DNA from: Candidatus Methanoperedens sp.
GTDB taxonomy: Archaea; Halobacteriota; Methanosarcinia; Methanosarcinales; Methanoperedenaceae
Assembly (NCBI GenBank): GCA_027460535.1
Contig: JAPZAR010000036.1
Coordinates: 69,519-101,518 of the forward strand
Reading direction: 5' to 3'
DNA: 32,000 bases
Shown here: positions 17,567 through 25,227 of the stretch, piece by piece
Position numbering within the stretch: position 1 is the stretch's first letter
How the letters are laid out: every line of letters begins with the position of its first letter
The notes under the pieces: generated by a model
Databases searched by the model: none
Told to the model about the DNA's origin: nothing
The model's input: only the letters and a program-made list of their open reading frames with translations
Made by a program: the position numbers and the translations under genes

Positions 17567-19300
17567 TCAGATTCTTTTGAACATCTTATCCAGTTCCTGC
17601 CTGCCAAAGGACACCATTGTGGGCCTTCCGTGCGGGCATGTATAGGGGTTCTCCGTGGAAAAAAGCTGCTTGATAAGGTTCTCCATCTGTTCGGTAGAAC
17701 ATGATGCACCTGCCTTAATAGCGCCCCTGCATGCCATACTTTTCGTGACACGTTCAAAAAACCCGGTTTCGCCTTTTATTTTTCCTTCAGAAAGTATATC
17801 GGATATTATGTCATGTATCAGGGAAGGGTCCTCAAGCCTTCCAAGAACATCCGGGACAGCAGTGACGGCAAATGCATCAGGCCCGAACTCCGAAATCCTG
17901 AAACCGAATTCCTCAAGGAAAGGAATGCATTCTTTCATCAGTACCTTCTCCCTGGAATCCAGTTCCAGATTAATGGGAACAATAAGCTCCTGAGAATCGG
18001 CGCGCTTGGAGTCCCTAACCTGTTCAAAAAGTACTCGCTCATGGGCAGCATGCTGATCGATTATCATTAATCCGTCTTTTGTTTCTGCGATAACATAAAC
18101 AGCGTCAACCTGTCCGAGAACCTTAACTTTCGGCATCTCGCCTGCCTTGATATCTTCTTCGAATGTATTCCGCTCGGTTTGTCGAAGCCTTTTTTCCGTA
18201 TCTCTTGAGGGTACTCTGAATCCTGAATCAGTTTCTCTGACAGCCGTCCGGATTTCCGGGGGGATCTCATAAAATGAAGTCTGTGCTGTCGCGATATTCC
18301 CATCGGGAATGAGGTTCTGGTTTGAAAGAGCGCACCTTACGGCTTCTGTCACGGCCTCCGCGATCTCCCTTTCATGGCTCAGGCGAACCTGGTTCTTTGC
18401 TGGATGCACATTGACATCCACTTCTCCCGTATCCACGGATATTTTAAGGACCGCCATTGGAAAGCGTCCTTTTGGAATAAGTGTTCCATATCCATCCCGA
18501 AGCGCATAGCTTATCGCCCTTGAACTCACGCTCCTGTTATTGATGAAAAAAGATTGATGATCGATGCTTCCCCGCGTGACAGCAGGTTTTGATACAAAAC
18601 CCGTCACCCTGGCAAACCTGGAGCTTGAATCTACAGGAAGCATCGATCTTGCGGCTTCCTGGCCGTAGATATGAATTATGGTATCATAGAGCTCTGAGGC
18701 CGGCGAGCGCAGTATTTCATTCCCGTTATGGAGAAGCGTAAAAGAGATATCGTTGTGACCAAGTGCATTTTTCGTTACAACCTCGATTATATGGGCAAGT
18801 TCTGTGCTGTCCGATTTCATATATTTTCTCCTGGCCGGTGTATTGTAAAAAAGTTCTTCGACAGTTACAACCGTGCCTTCGGCCGCACCTGTATCGTTTA
18901 TTCCTATCAGTTTCCCTCCGTGAATGCTGATCTTTGTGCCTGCCAGTTCCTCTTTTGTTTTCGTGATAATTTCCACTTTTGCCACCGCTGTCATGGAGGA
19001 TAGCGCTTCCCCCCGAAATCCCATTGTCATCACATTTTCAAGATCGTCAATTTTCTGTATCTTGCTCGTGGAATGTTTAACGAAAGAGAGTGCAGCATCA
19101 TCCCTGCTCATCCCGCATCCGTTGTCGCTGACGCGTATCATTTTCTTTCCCCCTTTCATCACATCGATCCTGATATCTGTAGCCCCCGCGTCTATTGAAT
19201 TTTCGACGAGCTCTTTGACAACCGATGCCGGTCGCTCTATTACTTCCCCGGCTGCTATCTTATTTATTGTGGCTTCATCGAGGATGTGGATTTTTCCCAT
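17567..19300 (-). CDS. mutL: DNA mismatch repair protein MutL (endonuclease-motif type)
   Basis: The GHKL N-terminus is INKIAAGEVIERPASVVKELVENSIDAGAT. The C-terminus carries DQHAAHERVLFE (DQHAx2Ex4E), ACRGAIKAG and CPHGRPT. Confidence 0.95.
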   Translation of the reverse strand: MGKIHILDEATINKIAAGEVIERPASVVKELVENSIDAGATDIRIDVMKGGKKMIRVSDNGCGMSRDDAALSFVKHSTSKIQKIDDLENVMTMGFRGEALSSMTAVAKVEIITKTKEELAGTKISIHGGKLIGINDTGAAEGTVVTVEELFYNTPARRKYMKSDSTELAHIIEVVTKNALGHNDISFTLLHNGNEILRSPASELYDTIIHIYGQEAARSMLPVDSSSRFARVTGFVSKPAVTRGSIDHQSFFINNRSVSSRAISYALRDGYGTLIPKGRFPMAVLKISVDTGEVDVNVHPAKNQVRLSHEREIAEAVTEAVRCALSNQNLIPDGNIATAQTSFYEIPPEIRTAVRETDSGFRVPSRDTEKRLRQTERNTFEEDIKAGEMPKVKVLGQVDAVYVIAETKDGLMIIDQHAAHERVLFEQVRDSKRADSQELIVPINLELDSREKVLMKECIPFLEEFGFRISEFGPDAFAVTAVPDVLGRLEDPSLIHDIISDILSEGKIKGETGFFERVTKSMACRGAIKAGASCSTEQMENLIKQLFSTENPYTCPHGRPTMVSFGRQELDKMFKRI

Positions 19301-19362
19301 GATGCAGACCGATACATTATATGATTTGCTTCATCATTGAGTTCGGAAAAAGGTACAGTAAA

Positions 19363-20004
19363 TCAGTCCTGGTTTAAACTTAGAAACTGGGGCGGTATCT
19401 CCTCTGAAAGCACAATATTTTCCGTAGCTGACAGCATTGAAACCCCATTTTCCTGCGCCTCTTTCGCATTGATTATAATCATTACCGGGTCATCTGTGTG
19501 GATCCTTGCCACTTCCAGAGCTTTATCGATCGATGTACTGAGATGGACATATCTCTGTTTCATCGGCTTTATCCCTTTTTCAAGCAGAATATCGACTTCC
19601 TCGCGGCTTGCCCCATAATAAAGTTTGGGCAGCGCGTTTTCAGTGTAATCAAGGTCAACATCAACCGAGTGGCCGTACCTTGCCCTGATCTTCCTTCCCA
19701 ATATTTCGTATCTCCCCTTTTCATCAGATTCGATTATCGAATAAAGTTTTTCCTTGTTGGACCATTTGTAACGCGTCCGCATGGCGTCACAAAGCACGTC
19801 CACATCCACCCACCCGTGCTGGTTCATAGCGAGCCCCAGGTCGTCGGGGAAATGCCTGAGTGCCCCGGAGATGAACCGCCCCAGTCGCTCGGTCTGTCCG
19901 TCATCCAGCATGAGGGTTCCGACCTCGCCGCAGTGGCATACATCTCCCCTGAAATATCCATGATTCGGGCATTTTTTAATCATTTCACTGCTTATATGAA
20001 TCAT
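19363..20004 (-). CDS. kptA: RNA 2'-phosphotransferase (Tpt1/KptA family) with N-terminal Cys/His cluster
   Basis: 213 aa. LGRFISGALRHFPDDLGLAMNQHGWVDV is the family hallmark, followed by RYE, GHS and VHLS blocks. The N-terminus is CPNHGYFRGDVCHCG. Confidence 0.85.
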   Translation of the reverse strand: MIHISSEMIKKCPNHGYFRGDVCHCGEVGTLMLDDGQTERLGRFISGALRHFPDDLGLAMNQHGWVDVDVLCDAMRTRYKWSNKEKLYSIIESDEKGRYEILGRKIRARYGHSVDVDLDYTENALPKLYYGASREEVDILLEKGIKPMKQRYVHLSTSIDKALEVARIHTDDPVMIIINAKEAQENGVSMLSATENIVLSEEIPPQFLSLNQD

Positions 20005-20083
20005 CCTGTTATAAAATTTACCAACACCACAATGTTAATTTACTATACAAACAAAATAATCTCTTAAAGGATAAGGAAAAATA

Positions 20084-21187
20084 ATGGAAATAACTTATAA
20101 TGTGTTCGAAGTCATAGATGATATCGGCCCTGAGAAGACCATTTTTTTATATGAGCCAAAAACGCAGCTGGAAGCTATTGTCATTATCGATAATGTGGCA
20201 GCTGGCCCTGCTATCGGCGGGGTGCGCATGGCGCCCGATGTTACGGCAACTGAAGTACGAAGGCTTTCACGCGCAATGACGTACAAGAACGCAATGGCAA
20301 ACCTTCCTCATGGGGGTGGAAAATCGGGGATAATAGCCGATCTAAAAACCGTGGATAAGGAGAAGGTGGTCAGGACATTTGCCCGCGCTATCAAAGATCT
20401 AGAGGATTACATCCCAGGGCCTGATATGGGTACTGACGAAACCAGCATGGCGTATATCCACGATGAAATCCACCGCTCGGTGGGACTTCCAAGAGAGCTT
20501 GGCGGGATACCGCTCGATGAGATCGGCACCACTGGATATGGGGTGGCGCTATGTACAGAAATGGCAAAGGATTACATCAACCTTGACCTCAATGGAGCGC
20601 GCCTGACCATTGAGGGTTTTGGAAATGTGGGAAAACCCACAGCTCGAAACCTTGCACAGAAGGGAGTAAAACTGATTGGCGTAAGCGATTCAAAAGGTAC
20701 GATTTACGACCCCAAAGGACTGAATGTCGAAGAATTGATAAGGATCAAGGATTCAACCGGCTCTGTAATAAATTACAGAAAAGGGGAAGTATTGAAAACT
20801 ACTGACCTCGTTACCATAAGCACCGATATCTTTGTCCCGGCGGCGAGACCTGATGTAATAACTGAAGCCAATGCCGATGTATTGGAAGCAAAATTAGTGA
20901 TCGAAGGGGCCAATATCCCAATTACGGAAAATGCTGAGAGGATGCTTCATGACAGGGGCATCCTTGTCGTGCCAGATTTCGTGGCTAATGCAGGCGGGGT
21001 TATTACTGCGTCTGTCGAATATCACGGCGGGACTGAGACGCAGGCATTTGAAAGGATAAGGAGCACCATTCCAAAGAACACAAGAGAGATCCTGGACAAA
21101 GTCTATGGGGAAAAAGTATATCCACGCGATGCTGCGCTTGCCATAGCAAAACAAAGGGTTCAGCGAGCAATGAAATACAGGGAGTGA
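20084..21187 (+). CDS. Glu/Leu/Phe/Val dehydrogenase family protein (short, about 367 aa form)
   Basis: The catalytic block is NLPHGGGKSGI and the Rossmann motif is IEGFGNVG. Substrate is not assignable from sequence alone. Confidence 0.85.
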   Translation: MEITYNVFEVIDDIGPEKTIFLYEPKTQLEAIVIIDNVAAGPAIGGVRMAPDVTATEVRRLSRAMTYKNAMANLPHGGGKSGIIADLKTVDKEKVVRTFARAIKDLEDYIPGPDMGTDETSMAYIHDEIHRSVGLPRELGGIPLDEIGTTGYGVALCTEMAKDYINLDLNGARLTIEGFGNVGKPTARNLAQKGVKLIGVSDSKGTIYDPKGLNVEELIRIKDSTGSVINYRKGEVLKTTDLVTISTDIFVPAARPDVITEANADVLEAKLVIEGANIPITENAERMLHDRGILVVPDFVANAGGVITASVEYHGGTETQAFERIRSTIPKNTREILDKVYGEKVYPRDAALAIAKQRVQRAMKYRE

Positions 21188-22572
21188 ACATAGAAATGCT
21201 CTCCTCGATATTTGAGCCCTCTTCAATAGCGGTGATTGGCGCATCCAGTAATATCAATAAATGGGGGGGGAGGATACTGAAAAACCTGGCCGAGAATTTC
21301 AAAGGTCCGGTGTATCCTGTGAATCTTAACGAAGAGAAAGTGCAGGGCTTGCCATCGTATCGCTCTATTCTCGACATACCCGGTGAAGTCGGGATGGCGG
21401 TGGTTGTGGTGCCTGTCCAACATGTTATCAGTGTAGCGGAAGAGTGCGGGAAGAAAGGCGTTAAAGGGCTTGTTGTCATAACTGCAGGATTCGCGGAGAC
21501 GGGAAGTGAAGGTAAGGAACTTGAAGGAAAGCTCGTGTCTGTAATAAATGATTATGGCATGAGGATGATAGGACCGAATTCGCTTGGAATCGTCAACGAG
21601 CCAATGCGCCTGAATGCAAGCATTATAGGCAGGCTGCCGCGTCCCGGTCCCATCTCTTTCATCACCCAGAGCGGAACGCTGGGCCTAGCACTTGCAGAAT
21701 GGACTATCGATATGGGACTTGGGCTCTGCAAGATAATCAGCACGGGCAACAAGGCTAATGTTGATGATATCGACCTGATCGAATACCTGGATAATGATCC
21801 CTCCACTGGTGTAATAGCGATGTACATAGAGGGGATCAATCGCGGAAAGGATTTCATGGAAGCTGCCCGGCGCATAAGAAAACCCATAATCGCGATCAAG
21901 ACAGGAAGATCAAAAAGGGGTTCAAAGGCCGTCTTTTCGCATACAGGTTCGATCGCGGGTTCGGATGAGATTTTCTCTGCTGCATTCAGGCAGGCAGGGA
22001 TACTGCGGGTCGATACCATAGATGAGGTATTCGATGCAGCACTCGCATTCTCATGCCAGCCTCTTCCCAGAGGAAATAACGTAGCTATTGTTTCAAATGG
22101 TGGAGGCGCTGCTATCGTGGCTACGGATGAGTGCGAAAAGCATGGGATAAATATCGCCGACCTGACCGAAGAGACGAAAGAGCGAATAAAAAAAGCCATA
22201 CCTGAATTTGCTTCCAGCTCAAATCCGATCGATACAGCAGGCACGTCCACATATGAGGTTTATACTGATGTCATAAAAGCGCTTCTCCTTGATCCTAATG
22301 TAGATGCCCTTATCGTTATTTATGTCCATACCCAGATGTCAAATGCAATGCCTCCGGCCGAGGCTGTGGTTGAGTTGAAGCGGAAATCCCCAAAACCGGT
22401 GATCTCATGCTGGATGGGTGGAGCGGGTACGGAGGAAGGGGTGGATATCCTGAAGAGCGGATGCCTGCCCAACTATTCTGTGCCTGAAAGAGCAGTGAAG
22501 GCACTTGCATGCCTTATCAAACATAAAGAATTCATTGATACAGTAAAAACCGATTCCTCAGGGCAGGGATAG
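21184..22572 (+). CDS. acdA: ADP-forming acetyl/acyl-CoA synthetase, alpha subunit (CoA-binding plus ligase-CoA domains)
   Basis: SSIAVIGASSNINKWGG is the CoA-binding motif and AVFSHTGSIAGSD holds the phosphohistidine. The track start GTG 21184 overlaps the upstream stop (GTGA); ATG 21196 (MLSSIFEPSSIAVIGAS) is an equally plausible start. Confidence 0.85.
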   Translation: MNIEMLSSIFEPSSIAVIGASSNINKWGGRILKNLAENFKGPVYPVNLNEEKVQGLPSYRSILDIPGEVGMAVVVVPVQHVISVAEECGKKGVKGLVVITAGFAETGSEGKELEGKLVSVINDYGMRMIGPNSLGIVNEPMRLNASIIGRLPRPGPISFITQSGTLGLALAEWTIDMGLGLCKIISTGNKANVDDIDLIEYLDNDPSTGVIAMYIEGINRGKDFMEAARRIRKPIIAIKTGRSKRGSKAVFSHTGSIAGSDEIFSAAFRQAGILRVDTIDEVFDAALAFSCQPLPRGNNVAIVSNGGGAAIVATDECEKHGINIADLTEETKERIKKAIPEFASSSNPIDTAGTSTYEVYTDVIKALLLDPNVDALIVIYVHTQMSNAMPPAEAVVELKRKSPKPVISCWMGGAGTEEGVDILKSGCLPNYSVPERAVKALACLIKHKEFIDTVKTDSSGQG

Positions 22573-22573
22573 C

Positions 22574-23275
22574 ATGAAAATTCTCACCGAGAACGACGCA
22601 AAAAAACTTCTTGCAAAATATGGGATTCCCGTGACTGAAGGGAGTATTGCAAGGAGTCCGGAAGAAGCTCTTAAGATCGCAGCCCGGATAGGCGCGCCTG
22701 TAGCCATGAAAATCTCATCGCCAGATATTCCCCACAAAACCGATGTAGGCGGTGTGGAGTTGAATGTAAAGGCAGAGGAAGTGAAGGCTGCATATTCAGG
22801 GATCCTGGAGCGTGTAAGGAAGACGGTTCCAGATGCAAATATCGAGGGAATACTGGTGCAGCAGATGGCGCCGCCGGGCCATGAGATCATTGTAGGGCTG
22901 AAGAAGGATGCTCAGTTCGGCCATGCCCTGATGTTCGGGCTTGGTGGTATTTTCGTTGAGGTATACAGGGATGTTTCTTTCAGGGTGGTTCCTATCGGAA
23001 AAAAAGAAGCCTTTGCGATGATCTCCGAGATTAAAGGCTACCCGATACTGAAAGGGATCAGGGGGAAGAAACCTGCAGATATAGACTCGATCGCTCGTGT
23101 GCTTATTTCGGTCTCGGCTCTGGCTGAAAAGGAAAGGATAATCGAGCTTGATATCAATCCTCTCATGGTGGATGAGAATGGAGCGGTTGCTGTGGATGCC
23201 AGGGCAATGATAGAAAATATTGGTGGGGGAAATGAAGCGGCACAGACGGAAAAAGGAAAGTTACGTGTAGATTAA
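22574..23275 (+). CDS. acdB: ADP-forming acetyl/acyl-CoA synthetase, beta subunit (ATP-grasp)
   Basis: 233 aa. It reads LTENDAKKLLAKYGIPV...PVAMKISSPDIPHKTDVGGV, an ATP-grasp fold pattern. It starts 1 nt after the alpha subunit. Confidence 0.85.
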   Translation: MKILTENDAKKLLAKYGIPVTEGSIARSPEEALKIAARIGAPVAMKISSPDIPHKTDVGGVELNVKAEEVKAAYSGILERVRKTVPDANIEGILVQQMAPPGHEIIVGLKKDAQFGHALMFGLGGIFVEVYRDVSFRVVPIGKKEAFAMISEIKGYPILKGIRGKKPADIDSIARVLISVSALAEKERIIELDINPLMVDENGAVAVDARAMIENIGGGNEAAQTEKGKLRVD

Positions 23276-23604
23276 AGAAAGCATGGATTCGCAGATAAAA
23301 TTTTTAGCTGTGGCGCTGGTGCTTGGTTTGTTGCTACTGGAATCTCGCCTTTCGCCTTCTGAGGTCAGAAGAGCCTGCTAAGCCTCCGGTAGAACCACTT
23401 ACATAAAATATCACAAAGCGTGAAAAAACCATGATGGTGCTGGCGTGCCTCACCCGCCATCCCATCCAAAGACCCCTCCGAATAACAAAGAACGTCAAGG
23501 AAATTGATGTTCTATCACATTTTACTTATCAATCACAAAAAAAGGAATTTTTTATAAACTAAGATGGATTGAATTTATATATCAGTATACCATAATTACC
23601 ACAT

Positions 23605-24831
23605 ATGGCCACACCCGGCAAATATGATATACTGATTTACTTGCATTTCAACCAGCCAGTTACATTTAACACTCTTGAAAATATTCTCCGGGGAAACATA
23701 CTGTTTGAAGACCTGAACACCCAGATATTGTACAGGCATTTGAGGGAATTGATAGATGGTGAGCTTGTATTGAAAATACCCTTATCTGCTAAAAGAGGTT
23801 ACGAATACTCCCTGAATCTTGAAAACGATTCACTCATCAATCACCTTTCCTTCCTTATCTGGTGCAGGAAAGAAGGTATTGACTACAATAGGCTCCTGGC
23901 TCCCAGAACAGAAACTCTAATCTTTAATATCCTGAAATTTGAAAAAATATCCCATGAGAATCTTTTACAGAGTTCAAAAATGTCAGCAAAAACCCTCAGG
24001 AAGCATATAAGGGCTCTTATCGATAACCGGTTCATTCACACAATCCAACAAAAACCGATGGTTTTCGAGTTCCTTCTAAATGATGTAACGCTGTGGTATC
24101 TGACAATGAAAGGTCTGCCAGTTCCGGATATGGAAAGCAAATGCAAAGATTCTATCTCCAATATGGACGCCAATAGAGATATTACCGGATCAAGGGAGAT
24201 TATGGATAAACTCATAAAACTGCACATTTACTCTTCCACAGTCACAGAAGGAAATACTGCCTCCAATGAAGATGTTGAACGCATCATAAATGACCTTCCC
24301 ACCAACCTTACACCAAAGGAAATAATCGAGATTAAAAACACAAAAGATGCTCTGGATCATATAATAGAAGTGTATGAAGATACGGACTTGAATATTGACC
24401 TTATTAAAACCACTCATCAGATACTGATGCGCGGATTGATAAAAGAAGCAGGATTGTTCTTTGCGTCTTCATCAAAACGAATTGTAGGTTCTAAATTGAA
24501 ATTACCATCGACCAACAAAGAGATTGAATATTTGATGAGGTCGCTCATAAGTTATTATAATCTTAACAAAAACCACATTCATCCTCTCATACTTGGTTCG
24601 ATATTCCACTTTCTTTTTGTTTCTATCCATCCATTCAAAGACGGTAACGGCAGAGCGGCACGACTTATTCATTCTTTCATACTGCTAAAGAATGGATACC
24701 CTATCTTTGCTTTTAACCCTGAAAAAAAATACGAGTATTTCAACTATCTTGAGAAAGGAAGGGAGTCGGATGTAAGTGATTTTATCAGGTTCATAATAGA
24801 TGAACACAGGAAAATACTGCCTGAAAGGTAA
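23605..24831 (+). CDS. Fic-family protein (AMPylase-type motif) with long N-terminal winged-helix-like extension
   Basis: The Fic motif HPFKDGNGRAAR lies at nt 24628-24663. The auto-inhibitory-type [ST]xxxE[GN] motif (STVTEG) lies at nt 24235-24252. The N-terminal 200 aa contain two HTH-like repeats (...YRHLRELIDGELV..., ...LRKHIRALIDNRFI...). The gene is visibly AT-rich. Confidence 0.9.
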   Translation: MATPGKYDILIYLHFNQPVTFNTLENILRGNILFEDLNTQILYRHLRELIDGELVLKIPLSAKRGYEYSLNLENDSLINHLSFLIWCRKEGIDYNRLLAPRTETLIFNILKFEKISHENLLQSSKMSAKTLRKHIRALIDNRFIHTIQQKPMVFEFLLNDVTLWYLTMKGLPVPDMESKCKDSISNMDANRDITGSREIMDKLIKLHIYSSTVTEGNTASNEDVERIINDLPTNLTPKEIIEIKNTKDALDHIIEVYEDTDLNIDLIKTTHQILMRGLIKEAGLFFASSSKRIVGSKLKLPSTNKEIEYLMRSLISYYNLNKNHIHPLILGSIFHFLFVSIHPFKDGNGRAARLIHSFILLKNGYPIFAFNPEKKYEYFNYLEKGRESDVSDFIRFIIDEHRKILPER

Positions 24832-25073
24832 TACCCGCAGGAAATGACTGGTTCACTATGATAAATAAATATATTGTCAATGGTGGTTAGAAAAGACCCA
24901 ATCCATGGGGACTGTATGATATTATTGCGGCAGGTGTCTGGTTGGCATCGGGTATTCTATCATAGAAGGCATTTTTAATAGTCTTTATTGAAATTTCGCT
25001 TATAATATATAGGAGCTAAATTTATACATAATAGCATGCTATTTAGATACCGGCCCTTAAGGAGGTAATACGA

Positions 25074-25223
25074 ATGGTTGAAATAATTGACAAACGCAGA
25101 ACCGAAAATGTCAATAAGAAGGAAAAAGGATGTACATTAACGCAAGAAACAATATCAGAACAGCAGAGTTTCTTGAACAACAATAGATTCAGGGAAGATT
25201 TGACCAACAATATACGGGAGTGA
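25074..25223 (+). CDS. possible 49-aa upstream ORF preceding cooS
   Basis: GGAGGT (25061-25066) plus 7 nt precedes ATG 25074. Hand translation: MVEIIDKRRTENVNKKEKGCTLTQETISEQQSFLNNNRFREDLTNNIRE, stop TGA at 25221-25223, 4 nt before the cooS ATG. It is hydrophilic with no family recognised, and is below the track cut-off. Confidence 0.25.
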   Translation: MVEIIDKRRTENVNKKEKGCTLTQETISEQQSFLNNNRFREDLTNNIRE

Positions 25224-25227
25224 TATT

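Noticed and set aside
1-20004. thpR (2H phosphoesterase) and kptA (2'-phosphotransferase) as parts of one RNA-repair system.
   Set aside because: They are 19 kb apart on unrelated transcription units, with no RtcB/ligase/kinase partner adjacent to either. This is coincidental co-occurrence of housekeeping RNA-end enzymes.
21263-21270. G8 homopolymer inside acdA (potential slippage or phase-variation site).
   Set aside because: The reading frame is intact through it (KWGGR, part of the CoA-binding motif), and nothing suggests a frameshifted variant.
23284-23572. Two mini-ORFs (32 aa, signal-peptide-like MDSQIKFLAVALVLGLLLLE...; and 43 aa) upstream of the Fic gene as candidate antitoxins.
   Set aside because: They have no SD or promoter context and no recognisable fold. 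Fic proteins carrying an internal inhibitory motif do not need a separate antitoxin.
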